A stretch of DNA of 60,473 nt from an uncultured archaeon (GCA_964407715.1 CAYOWP010000007.1:1-60473); one strand, 5' to 3'; positions 20,027-30,092 are shown, numbered from the stretch's first letter. The notes: generated by a model from the letters alone, not told the origin. A program made the numbers and translations.

Positions 20027-22342
20027 ATGGGTTATAATATCTCCTTACAAAAGTTTATGGAAAAAAGTGCAGAAAGAAAGATTTTTGAGGAAAGTGATAA
20101 ATACCTTAACATACCTTATATTAAACCTAACACAATAGAATTGAGAGAATACCAAAAGAACATAATTGAGAGCATTGATAACAAGAATACACTTGTAGTT
20201 TTACCTACAGGATTAGGAAAAACAATTATTGCTGTTATACTTTCTGCAATGAGATTAAATAGATTTCCATCCAGCAATATCCTTGTTTTAGCACCTACAA
20301 AACCTTTGGTTAATCAACATGCACAATCTTTCAGGAATTTGATGGATTTGCCAGATGATATGTTCATTGTAATTTCAGGAAGTACACAGAAGAGCAAGAG
20401 GAAGGAGTTATGGAACAAGAAAGGCATATTTTTTGCAACGCCACAAACCGTTAAAAATGATTTGGAAGATGGAATTGTAAATTTAAATAATTTTTCTTTG
20501 TTGGTATTTGATGAGGCTCATAGATCAGTGGGAGATTATGCTTATACCTATATTGCAAGAGAATACATATCAAAAGCGCAAAATCCGTTGATATTAGGTC
20601 TGACAGCATCTCCGGGAGGAGAGGTAGAGAAAATAGGGAGTGTGGTTGGGAATCTCTTTATAGAGAATGTTGAAGTGAGAAGTTATAATGATCCAGATGT
20701 TTTACCTTATATTAAGCGAATAGAGATAGAGTGGATAAAGATAGAGATGCCTCCTGAATTAAAACAAGTCGATGCTCTGCTTAAAGCAGCAATGAAAAAG
20801 AGGGTGGATTATCTTTTGGAAAAAGGTTTTCTTTCAAGTAGGACAATCTCGAAAAAGGAACTTCTCGAGATGCAAAAAAGACTTATAACGAGATTAAAAG
20901 AAGAAAAGAGCGATTTTCTTTTTTATGTCCAGACCATTGTGGGCCAATTAGTAAAAATAAATTATGCATTAGAGTTGGTTGAGACACAAGGGTTAAAGCA
21001 GTTTGTTGATTATTATGAGAAGTTAAGAGAGGAGAAAAAAACAAAATCTTCAATGGATCTTCTGGATGATGATGATTTTACTACCGCATATCTTATTGCA
21101 AAGAAAAATGTTGAGAAAGGGATAATTCATCCAAAACTTAAAAAGATAAGGGAGATAGTAAATAAGGAGATGAAAAACGAGAAAAGCAAGATGATAATTT
21201 TTACGCAGTATGTTGAGACGGCTAAGTTGATAACCGAAGAGATCTCTGATTTAGGAGCAGTATTATTTATTGGTCAAAGGAGAGGATACACTCAAAAGAA
21301 ACAAATGGAGATAATTAAGAAATTTAGTGAGGGAAAATACAGGATTTTGGTTGCTACATCTGTGGCTGAGGAGGGTTTGGATATTCCTGCAGTGGATTAT
21401 GTGGTGTTTTATGAACCTATACCAAGTGAGATAAGATCTATACAGAGAAGAGGAAGAACAGGAAGGTTTGATAAAGGGAAAGTAATAATATTGATGACAC
21501 AAAAATCCTTAGATGAGGCATATTACTGGGCATCCATTGCAAAAGAGAGAAATATGAGAAGAACATTACATCTTCTAAAAAGGATGTTTTCAGAAAAGAC
21601 AAAAAAGGTTTCTGAAAAGAAAGTGCCAGAGAATATTAAAAAGGTGGAGACGCTGCAGGCATATACAAAAGAGAAAAAGATTCCAGTAGTTTTTGATTAT
21701 AGGGAGCAGAAAATATATGAGATATTTAAGAGTATTGTTAAGGAAAATGAAAAGACAATTATACCACAAAAATCAAATCTTTCTATGGGGGATGTTATAA
21801 TAAATAATAGGATTGTGATAGAGAGGAAAAGTGCAGAGGATTTTTTGAATTCTATTATTGATGGGAGATTATTCTCTCAGTTAGACAAATTGATATATAC
21901 TTATGAATTGCCTATTTTGATTGTCGAGGGAAATTTATATGATGCCATTAAATTCCGTGAGATTCATGAGAATGTAATAAGAGGAGTGCTAAGCAAGATT
22001 GTTATAGATTATAATGTCCCCATTATATGGACAAGAGATGTAAATGATAGTGCTCAGTATATTTATCTAATTGCAAGAAGAGAAATGGAAGAGAATAAAA
22101 AATCTGAGTCGATTAAGATAATGAAAAAATCTGATAAGTTAGAGAAGCAAATTGAGGTTGTGGTTAGTGCGTTACCCTCTATCAATGTTACACTTGCAAA
22201 AAGAATATTAAAGAAGTTTAAAACAATAAGGAACTTAGCAAATGCAAAGATAGAGCAGCTTAAGAGTGTAGAGGGAATAGGAGATAAAAAGGCAGAAAAG
22301 ATATATAGCATCTTTAATACTGAATACAAAGATGAGACATGA
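20027..22342 (+). CDS. hef: Hef helicase-nuclease (FANCM/XPF-like)
   Basis: PTGLGKT, DEAH, TAS, QRRGRTGR, the ERCC4 nuclease motif ERKS..DF..SI.DGRL and a C-terminal HhH. Confidence 0.95.
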   Translation: MGYNISLQKFMEKSAERKIFEESDKYLNIPYIKPNTIELREYQKNIIESIDNKNTLVVLPTGLGKTIIAVILSAMRLNRFPSSNILVLAPTKPLVNQHAQSFRNLMDLPDDMFIVISGSTQKSKRKELWNKKGIFFATPQTVKNDLEDGIVNLNNFSLLVFDEAHRSVGDYAYTYIAREYISKAQNPLILGLTASPGGEVEKIGSVVGNLFIENVEVRSYNDPDVLPYIKRIEIEWIKIEMPPELKQVDALLKAAMKKRVDYLLEKGFLSSRTISKKELLEMQKRLITRLKEEKSDFLFYVQTIVGQLVKINYALELVETQGLKQFVDYYEKLREEKKTKSSMDLLDDDDFTTAYLIAKKNVEKGIIHPKLKKIREIVNKEMKNEKSKMIIFTQYVETAKLITEEISDLGAVLFIGQRRGYTQKKQMEIIKKFSEGKYRILVATSVAEEGLDIPAVDYVVFYEPIPSEIRSIQRRGRTGRFDKGKVIILMTQKSLDEAYYWASIAKERNMRRTLHLLKRMFSEKTKKVSEKKVPENIKKVETLQAYTKEKKIPVVFDYREQKIYEIFKSIVKENEKTIIPQKSNLSMGDVIINNRIVIERKSAEDFLNSIIDGRLFSQLDKLIYTYELPILIVEGNLYDAIKFREIHENVIRGVLSKIVIDYNVPIIWTRDVNDSAQYIYLIARREMEENKKSESIKIMKKSDKLEKQIEVVVSALPSINVTLAKRILKKFKTIRNLANAKIEQLKSVEGIGDKKAEKIYSIFNTEYKDET

Positions 22343-22344
22343 AG

Positions 22345-22591
22345 AGTATTGTCCAATAAGTCTCTATTTGTTAAGCGGAAAAGTAACCTCTTAAAAAGCA
22401 CATTGGAGCAGCAAACCTTATTGAGCTAATGCGATTGTAAGAACGAGTTTTCTCGTTAACAAACCATCATCAAAAAATTATTAGACAATTTGTTAATGGA
22501 AAGTTAGCCTATTCAAAGGGTTAACTGCTCTAATACGCTTCTTTAAGAGGTTACTTTTCCGCTTAACAATAAGGAATTATTGGGCAATGCT
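22345..22591. mobile_element. MITE E (247 bp)
   Basis: AGTATTGTCCAATAA ... TTATTGGGCAATGCT. TSD GACATGAAG / TACATGAAA. The left TSD copy contains the hef stop codon. Confidence 0.88.
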
Positions 22592-22647
22592 TACATGAAA
22601 TCATTGAAGGTGAATTTTATAAAATTTTGATAGAAATTTAATTTATT

Positions 22648-23712
22648 ATGATTTCAGACGATGCTATATTTTCATGCCCATCAGGAAGAATAATAAAAGA
22701 TATAAAATATCTTGATGAGGAATTCATTCCTGAAAATATATATTATAGGAATAATCAAATAAAGGAAATCGCAAGGAGCATAACCCAATTTTTGGAATAT
22801 AGTTCTTCTTTTCATTTATTCCTTTATGGACCTCCAGGAACAGGAAAAACTACTACTATAAAATTTCTATTTAAAAAATTAAAAGAAGAAACAAAAAGAG
22901 CATTACCAATTTATATAAATTGTTGGAAATATTCCCGAGGATTTGCTCTTTTATCAGAACTTGCATCTCAACTAAATGAAACTCTATCTAATATGCTCCA
23001 ATTTAAAAGAAATATCTCTGAGGCATATTTGTATATCCAGAGATATATAAAAAGAGAGAGGATAAAGATTATTATTGCATTGGATGAGATAGACAAATTA
23101 GAGGATGAAGATATATTATATAACTTTATAAGGGATAATATACCCCTAATTATGATTTCAAACAATGAATTTGCATTAAGTGATTTTGATGAGAGAATAA
23201 GAAGCTCTCTTATCTATCAAAGCATTGAATTTAAAGAGTATTCATTTGAGGAAATGATGCACATTTTGAGGGAGAGACATAAATATGCATTTTATCCAGA
23301 TGCTTTTCCTGTTCATTTCATTAGAGTGTGTGCATCAAATGCCAAGGGGGATGCGAGGGTTGGTATAGGAATGATGAAATTGGCAGCATTAATTGCTGAG
23401 AGGAAAAACAAAGACAAAGTGGAATTGGAAGATATACGTGAGAGCTATAAGGAGGCGAAGAAATTAAAGATATTGCAAATACTTTCAACATTAAAAAAGG
23501 AACATAGCATTCTTTATACTATAATATCAAAAAATAAACAAATGAAGGCATCTGAATTATATGCTGCATATAATGAGGTTTATAAAAAAGAAGGTGGAAA
23601 ATATCTTAGTGATAGAACATTCAGAAATTATATGCAGGATTTAGTAGAGAAGGGATTAATAATTGCGGAAGGAGATACAAGATGGAGAATTTATAAATTA
23701 AAAGATATATAA
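22648..23712 (+). CDS. cdc6: Orc1/Cdc6 replication initiator family AAA+ ATPase
   Basis: GPPGTGKT, INCW, LDEID, GDAR and a C-terminal wHTH. Confidence 0.93.
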   Translation: MISDDAIFSCPSGRIIKDIKYLDEEFIPENIYYRNNQIKEIARSITQFLEYSSSFHLFLYGPPGTGKTTTIKFLFKKLKEETKRALPIYINCWKYSRGFALLSELASQLNETLSNMLQFKRNISEAYLYIQRYIKRERIKIIIALDEIDKLEDEDILYNFIRDNIPLIMISNNEFALSDFDERIRSSLIYQSIEFKEYSFEEMMHILRERHKYAFYPDAFPVHFIRVCASNAKGDARVGIGMMKLAALIAERKNKDKVELEDIRESYKEAKKLKILQILSTLKKEHSILYTIISKNKQMKASELYAAYNEVYKKEGGKYLSDRTFRNYMQDLVEKGLIIAEGDTRWRIYKLKDI

Positions 23713-23739
23713 ATAGGAGTTTGAAGAGTATTAATATTT

Positions 23740-24120
23740 ATGGGAAAGAAATCTAATGAATCTTTAGAGCTTTTAGAGATGGATAGATTAAATCGTAAGA
23801 TTTCCTTACTGGAAGACAATATAGAAAAGATAATAGCAAAATATGAGATAGAGATGGATGCACTTAAGAGGAGAATAGATGAGCTGGAGAATGGGTTTAA
23901 GAATACAGAGGATGACTATTACACAATGAAGAGAGAGATCAAGAAAAAAATTGATGAGATGTCTCCTCTACTTGATGAAGTTAAAGAGATAAAAGATATG
24001 AAGGAGCATATAGAAAAGGATTTGATTTTGATAAAAAGAAGTGTTGAGAAAATGTTAATAATAATAGAGAGATTGTATGAGAAAATGAGAGAGATTGAGA
24101 AAATCTTGCATATGGAGTAA
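23740..24120 (+). CDS. Hypothetical coiled-coil protein
   Basis: 126 aa, E/K-rich heptad pattern. Confidence 0.7.
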   Translation: MGKKSNESLELLEMDRLNRKISLLEDNIEKIIAKYEIEMDALKRRIDELENGFKNTEDDYYTMKREIKKKIDEMSPLLDEVKEIKDMKEHIEKDLILIKRSVEKMLIIIERLYEKMREIEKILHME

Positions 24121-24278
24121 AAAAGAGAAAATAAAGGAGCTTCTGTGCACATCTGCCTGTCCGAGCCCAACCTCCCGCATTTTTGAAAGAGGAATATAAT
24201 ATATTCTATAAATTGTGCTATATATAGATTTTGATTATTGATGTTTTTTAATTTAAAAAATTTTTTGAATTAAAAAAT

Positions 24279-24791
24279 CTAACATACATCTTCTCCTGTT
24301 GATGGAATAGGACCACATGGATAAGATATTTCTATATCTCCCATCTTAATAGCTATTGTATGTAATTTGTTATCTTTTAGATTTAAAGATGTGAATATGT
24401 TAGTATTTATATATACATCAAAGTTTCCATTTGGAGGTATATCTCCAGTGGTTGAGGTTGAAACACCAGCTGATATTCTCTTCTTATCTACCAATACTAC
24501 TATGTTTGTCAATAAATCTCCTGGAATGATATTCTTTCCATTATTATAAACCACAATCACAGTTCGTGAATTTGTACTATCATAATACACACTCAATATT
24601 TCCAATTGAGTACCTAATTGAGAGAGCTTTTCTTTTACAACTGCCTGGACTTCAGATTGAGTTTGTTTTTGGAATGATGTTAACCATATATAAGCTAAAC
24701 CAAAAGCTGCAACTGTCATCATTAACAACAACACTATAGCAATAATTGGCGTTAAACCTTTTATCTTGGTGTTGCATTTTCCTCTTTGCAT
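24279..24791 (-). CDS. Archaeal type IV pilin / archaellin-like protein
   Basis: Class III signal peptide KG/LTPIIAIVLLLMMTVAAFGLAY. Confidence 0.88.
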   Translation of the reverse strand: MQRGKCNTKIKGLTPIIAIVLLLMMTVAAFGLAYIWLTSFQKQTQSEVQAVVKEKLSQLGTQLEILSVYYDSTNSRTVIVVYNNGKNIIPGDLLTNIVVLVDKKRISAGVSTSTTGDIPPNGNFDVYINTNIFTSLNLKDNKLHTIAIKMGDIEISYPCGPIPSTGEDVC

Positions 24792-24814
24792 ATATTATTC
24801 ACCCTTTTATTATT

Positions 24815-25060
24815 TTATTTTATTTTATTCAATATCCTTAAAAGCAAGGTTATAATTATCAATAAAGCACCGAAATTCAAAAGTGATATCATTGCAGTTA
24901 ATGATTGAATGTAGTATCCTTTTGATACTCCAGCACCATATATCAAATACTCTATTATAGTAATCACTGCAAGTATAAATATTGCTATCATTTCTGCACT
25001 GTTATTGATATCAGCCTTTGAAATCTTTTTCAATTTTTTAGCCATTTTTTCACCCTCCAT
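24815..25060 (-). CDS. Small membrane protein (2 TM)
   Basis: Two hydrophobic helices. The start is probably the second Met, after a GGTGA SD. Confidence 0.7.
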   Translation of the reverse strand: MEGEKMAKKLKKISKADINNSAEMIAIFILAVITIIEYLIYGAGVSKGYYIQSLTAMISLLNFGALLIIITLLLRILNKIK

Positions 25061-25621
25061 TTAAGGTGAAGTATTATTAGATGTGCTTAGGATTTCCATC
25101 ATTTTCTCCTTTAAATTACCAACCTCTACATTAGTTGATTGCTGAGGTAAGGTTAATCTCTTTAATCTTTTATCTATACTTACCAACAGATCTGCAATGT
25201 TCTCATTTGTTTCTTTCATCTCTTCACTCATTTTTTCTAATGCCTCTTTTAAAGGAAGTATTGTCTCTTTGACTATTTCTTTAGCGATATTTTCTTCTGT
25301 ATCTTCTCTTGCAGCCTCTTTTACAAGAGTCACAAATTCATCAAACTTATCATATAATCTTTCCATTTTACCTATCATTACTGCTATATCTTCACGTAAT
25401 GCATCGTTGGATCTTATTAATCCCTCTACAGTTTTCTGATTTTGAAGCATTAAATCTATAAATTTTTGTAAGAATTTTTCCATCATTAATATAGCCTCTT
25501 TTTCATCAGAAATTCTTTTTGATTTATTTAATAATACTCCTTCTCTTTCATCAGGATATCCATAATCATCTGAAATTTCAACCTCTTCCTCAATTTTTGG
25601 CATTCTAACACCCAATTTCAC
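25061..25621 (-). CDS. Hypothetical coiled-coil protein
   Basis: 186 aa, helical and E/K-rich. Confidence 0.7.
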   Translation of the reverse strand: MKLGVRMPKIEEEVEISDDYGYPDEREGVLLNKSKRISDEKEAILMMEKFLQKFIDLMLQNQKTVEGLIRSNDALREDIAVMIGKMERLYDKFDEFVTLVKEAAREDTEENIAKEIVKETILPLKEALEKMSEEMKETNENIADLLVSIDKRLKRLTLPQQSTNVEVGNLKEKMMEILSTSNNTSP

Positions 25622-25749
25622 AATACACGCGATTAATCATACTTATACATAAATAAATAAGTAACAAACTTATATATATTAATTTCTCTTATTATTTGAT
25701 TAGGATTTCTTATAGAGGTTTGTTGAATGCATTTTTATTTTAAAATAAT

Positions 25750-26567
25750 TGGTTAAGGAGGAGAATACCTTATCGACAGCACATCAGAGCAGCTAACCTT
25801 TGAGAGCGGTTTGAAGGCAGCTATCCTTTGATAGAGGTTACCATGATGCGATGTGCTTATGATGGCGATTTTTTCCCGTTAACCATTTTTTATTTTTTAA
25901 AGGATATGGTTAACGGGAAGCATACCATATCAATAGCACATTAAAGCAGTTAACCTTTTAAAGCGGTTGCCATTCTCCAAACCCTTTGGTAAAGCGATTT
26001 TCTCCCGTTAACCATATCTCAAAATAAAAATATGGTTAAGGGGAAGATGTCCTCTTAATGAGGCACATTGCAGCAGCTAACCTCATGAAAGCGTTTTGAA
26101 AGCAGCTAACCTTTTTAGAAAAGGTTAGCATGCTACAACTCCTTTGGTAAAGCGATTTCCTCCCGTTAACCATCTTGTATTTTAAATAAGAATGGTTAAG
26201 GGGAATATACCACTCAAGCAACCACATTAGAGCAGCTAACCTTTCTAAGAGAGCACCATGCTGCAAGACTTTTGGAGTAGCGATCTCCTCCCGTTAACCA
26301 TTTTTTATTTTTAAAAATATGGTTAAGGGGAAGATGTCCTCTTAATGAGGCACATTGCAGCAGCTAACCTTTGATAAAGGTTACCATACTGCAAAACCTT
26401 GTGTAATAGCAATTTCTTCCCGTTAACCAATTTTTATTTTTGAAATGGTTAAGGGGAAGAATAACCTTATCAACAGCATATCAGAGCAGCTACCCTATTG
26501 CAAAGGTTTGTAAGCAGTTAACTTTAAAGATGGATTACCATGCTCTAAGATCTTTGTGTAACCGTTA
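25750..26567. repeat. Palindromic-unit tandem array 2 (6 units)
   Basis: Units at 25750-25885, 25907-26014, 26033-26172, 26193-26300, 26320-26429 and 26446-~26567. Each reads TGGTTAAsGGGA...AGCAGCTAACCT...CATG...GCGAT..TCCCGTTAACCA. Spacers are 16-21 bp and AT-rich. Confidence 0.93.
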
Positions 26568-26621
26568 TTATCTCTCATTGAAAAACCTATATTAATTCCT
26601 TTATATAAAAATTAAATATTT

Positions 26622-26909
26622 ATGAAAAAAAGAAAGAAAATGGAAAGAAAGGGAAAATCGAAAGATGTTGATTTGCTTAATAAGATAATTAGGATTCTTA
26701 AATATCAACCTGGAGGATTATGGATACGTGAGATAGCACGTCAAACATCTTCACATCCAGAAAGTATAAGGAGAATTATATCAAAATATGATGGAATTTT
26801 TGAGGAATATGCTGATCTCACACAATATGGAATAAACCTAAAGTTCGTTAGGTTAAAAAAAGATTATCAAAAAGAATATGCGAAAATTGTTATGAATGTT
26901 GTGAAATAA
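26622..26909 (+). CDS. Small winged helix-turn-helix protein
   Basis: IIRILK..PGGLWIREIARQTSSHPESIRRII is an HTH signature. Confidence 0.75.
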   Translation: MKKRKKMERKGKSKDVDLLNKIIRILKYQPGGLWIREIARQTSSHPESIRRIISKYDGIFEEYADLTQYGINLKFVRLKKDYQKEYAKIVMNVVK

Positions 26910-26928
26910 AAGAGAAGGGTAGAGAGAT

Positions 26929-28128
26929 ATGGAGATTATCAAGAGAATTGATCCGAGTTTTTTTGTTGATTATGTGGTTGAGTTCTCTCATTTTCCAACA
27001 TGCAATACTATTGCTGTCTCTGCTTTCAATGTTGTAATTGATAATATCATAAAACTAAATGATAATATAATTTCAGAGATTATTTCCTATAAATCTCAAC
27101 ATGAGATATTCAGAAAAATCTTAGATGAGTTAAAAAAGGAGGAAGATATAGAGATTTCAATATCTGATAAGAATCTTATGAATTTTTTGATAAAATTCTT
27201 TGAAAGATATGTAGAGGAAAGGAGATTTGGAGGAAACGCATATTATGGGTACACTATTTTGAGGCATATCTTTGATGAGACATATCTTTATACAAGAGGA
27301 AGATATTTCAAGGAAATAAGTAGAATTCCAAAAGAACTTTTAAGAAACAATATTGTGTTTGAGTATACTAAGGGGTTAAAAATAGAAGAAAAAACACTTA
27401 GTGAGGATAGCAGATTGATAATAAGTGATAGATCAATTCATGTTGATACTTGGATCAATAAAGAGAATTTTTCTAAGGAGTCATCAAAGAAAGCAGAATT
27501 CTATTTCTTGGCTGGATACCATCATATAAAAAATGAGAATGACCTTATTAGATCAAAAAACGCACTTATGTCTTTGGATGGATTTAAACATGTTGAACTT
27601 AGCGAATTCACAAATACCTCAATGAGAGAGAAAGTAGTTAGGAATCTGTTTAGATATGTGAATTCATTGAGTATGAATGACATAGAAGCAAGGAATGTTT
27701 TTTCTGAAAATCCATTAAATATAAAGCAATTCTCATCAAAGATAGTTAAGACAATATCTGAAGATGTTATTGTTTTTGTTCATTCAAAAAAATATATGAT
27801 TGCCTATTTGCCTAAGCAAAAATCTTTGAGGTATAGTGGGATATTTGATTCTATGATGTTTGCTCAAAAGATAGGTTTGATAAAATCTTTATATGATAAT
27901 AACTTGGAGAATCCTTCAAAATTTTGGAAAATGGATTTGTATGATGTTTCTTATCATATTTTACCTATACCCTTGGGATATGGAGTATATGAGACATCAT
28001 ACCATTCAGTATATTTGGTTCCTACAATTTTAGTTGATGTTAAGCGTCATATTGTTGGATTAGGAGATGTAATCTCAGCATCTTTTGCATCTTATTTGTT
28101 CTGCGAGAACAAAGATGTTTTATTTTAA
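26929..28128 (+). CDS. ADP-dependent glucokinase/phosphofructokinase family (divergent)
   Basis: FNVVID, RFGGNA, LAGYH, HVELS, SLSMNDIE and the catalytic VGLGDVISAS. Confidence 0.8.
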   Translation: MEIIKRIDPSFFVDYVVEFSHFPTCNTIAVSAFNVVIDNIIKLNDNIISEIISYKSQHEIFRKILDELKKEEDIEISISDKNLMNFLIKFFERYVEERRFGGNAYYGYTILRHIFDETYLYTRGRYFKEISRIPKELLRNNIVFEYTKGLKIEEKTLSEDSRLIISDRSIHVDTWINKENFSKESSKKAEFYFLAGYHHIKNENDLIRSKNALMSLDGFKHVELSEFTNTSMREKVVRNLFRYVNSLSMNDIEARNVFSENPLNIKQFSSKIVKTISEDVIVFVHSKKYMIAYLPKQKSLRYSGIFDSMMFAQKIGLIKSLYDNNLENPSKFWKMDLYDVSYHILPIPLGYGVYETSYHSVYLVPTILVDVKRHIVGLGDVISASFASYLFCENKDVLF

Positions 28129-29388
28129 CCATTTCTTTATACCTTTTCTCTTATAGATTGCGTAATAATAGAGCACAGAGAATATCCATATTAACAAGGT
28201 TAATGTTGTATATGTTAGGAAATAAATTATGAAAACAAATATTTCCTTTATTCTTTCTTTGCCATGTTTAAACGCAAGGAAATAAATCGCAAGCGATGCT
28301 AAAATTACAGCAAGAAGGGGAATTATGATTCTATAATTTGATGTAATTAGAAATTCTCTTATAGAATCAATCTCAAAGAGATATATTTTGTTGGTATAAT
28401 AATAAATCTGAATTTTATTTATCAAATTTTTAAGAAAATGATAGGCATTCTTCAATACATACACTATTAATATCATTAAGCTAAAAAGAGAACTTGGATA
28501 TATCACATGACCAAACAAAGATATGTCTTTTTTTGATATAAATTTCCTAAAATATTTTTCTGTGTTATCTATGAAGCCAAGATTCCATCTAAGTCTTTGA
28601 TTTATATATGATTTCAAATTAGATGGAATGTGGGTATAGGAGATAGCATCACTATCAAAGAGGATTTCATAATCATGATACTTTAACCTTAATGCCATCT
28701 CAAAATCCTCGGTTAATGTATTTTCACAGAAGCCTCCCAATTGTTTTATAAGTTTTGTTTTATACAATGAGAAAGCTCCTGGTGTTATATATAGCACGTT
28801 TATTCTGCTCATTAGGTTTCTCATAAATTGTGCATATATATATTCAAATCTCTGAAATTTTTCAATTAAGGATTTAGATTTTTTTACTTTTATGTGTGAT
28901 ATAATACCTCCAATCTTGTTATTTTTATATCCATGATATAAAGATAACATGCTTAAAAGCGCATTTTTATTTATTACGGTATCTGCATCCATCACAACAA
29001 AAAACTCTCCTTTTGCTATCTTTAATGCCTTATTCAATGATTTTGCTTTTCCAATGTTTCTTTTGTTTCTTATAATAACTATGTTTTCCTTAGGATTTTT
29101 ATTAACAAACTTTTCTATCTCTTTGTATGTGTTATCTGTACTTCCATCATCTATCACAATAATTTCCTTTTTTGATTTTGGATATGCAAGATTTTTTAAA
29201 GATTCTAAGGTTGAATAGATATGCTTTCCTTCATTATATGCAGGTACAGCAATTGATACTGAGGGATATCTTGATATGCGAGCCTTATTTGATTTGATAT
29301 CAGGATACATAAGCCAAATCATGATCCAAAACATTGTGAATATACTGCTTATTATTATTATAACCCAAAATAGTATTTCTGATAGCAT
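28120..29388 (-). CDS. GT2 processive glycosyltransferase, membrane-bound
   Basis: PAYNE, DDGSTD, DAD, TED, QRLRW and TM helices. Confidence 0.92.
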   Translation of the reverse strand: MLSEILFWVIIIISSIFTMFWIMIWLMYPDIKSNKARISRYPSVSIAVPAYNEGKHIYSTLESLKNLAYPKSKKEIIVIDDGSTDNTYKEIEKFVNKNPKENIVIIRNKRNIGKAKSLNKALKIAKGEFFVVMDADTVINKNALLSMLSLYHGYKNNKIGGIISHIKVKKSKSLIEKFQRFEYIYAQFMRNLMSRINVLYITPGAFSLYKTKLIKQLGGFCENTLTEDFEMALRLKYHDYEILFDSDAISYTHIPSNLKSYINQRLRWNLGFIDNTEKYFRKFISKKDISLFGHVIYPSSLFSLMILIVYVLKNAYHFLKNLINKIQIYYYTNKIYLFEIDSIREFLITSNYRIIIPLLAVILASLAIYFLAFKHGKERIKEIFVFIIYFLTYTTLTLLIWIFSVLYYYAIYKRKGIKKWLK

Positions 29389-29444
29389 AATATATTCTCT
29401 TAAAAATAAAATTTTTATAAGTTATTTGTAAGAATATAAAGATT

Positions 29445-30092
29445 ATGGCAATAAATCTTTACTTCATTAGACATGGAAAAACAAGATACAATGTGAGAAA
29501 TTTATTTACAGGATGGTTAGATTCATCTCTTCATCCAGATCATATAAAGGACATCATAGATATAAGGAAAGAAATACTTAAAAGAAATATTCAATTCGAT
29601 ATTATAATAACTTCTGACCTCAAAAGAAGTATAGATACAGCTAAAATAGCGTATCCTTTTTTTAAAGATGCATTGCACATAAAGGAACCTCTTATAAGAG
29701 AGAGAGATTATGGATTGCTTTCTGGAAAAAGTAAAATAAGATTAAAGAAAGTTTCTCCAAAGTTATATGAGGTCTATCACAGGAGTTATCTTGTACCTCC
29801 TCCGGGAGGAGAGAGCTTTATAATGGTTGAGCAAAGAGCAAGAAGATTTTTACAAAAACTATTTTTGGAAAAGTATCATCATAAACACATTCTTATTAGT
29901 GCCCACGGGAATTCTTTGAGGGTAATATTTAAGATATTAGAGAATTTAACTGAAAAAGAGGCAGAGAAAATAGAGATCAAGTTTGGAAAAATATATGAGT
30001 ACAGAATATCTCTTGAAGGAGGGATAATTAGCGTGGAAGTAGTTAATGGCATAAAATACAAAAATAAAAAGATATCTCAAATCAAGATTTAG
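29445..30092 (+). CDS. gpmA: 2,3-bisphosphoglycerate-dependent phosphoglycerate mutase
   Basis: RHG..N..N.FTGWLD, RERDYG.L.GK, PPGGES, AHGNSLR. Confidence 0.85.
   Translation: MAINLYFIRHGKTRYNVRNLFTGWLDSSLHPDHIKDIIDIRKEILKRNIQFDIIITSDLKRSIDTAKIAYPFFKDALHIKEPLIRERDYGLLSGKSKIRLKKVSPKLYEVYHRSYLVPPPGGESFIMVEQRARRFLQKLFLEKYHHKHILISAHGNSLRVIFKILENLTEKEAEKIEIKFGKIYEYRISLEGGIISVEVVNGIKYKNKKISQIKI

Noticed and set aside
22345-22647. Replication origin upstream of cdc6
   Set aside because: No ORB (TTCCAGTGGAAAC/G-string) boxes are visible. The interval is almost entirely MITE E, a near copy of MITE C.
25750-26567. Arrays as CRISPR loci
   Set aside because: There is no invariant 24-47 bp repeat. The long segments are homologous to one another rather than unique spacers, the period is 125-160 bp, and no cas genes are present.
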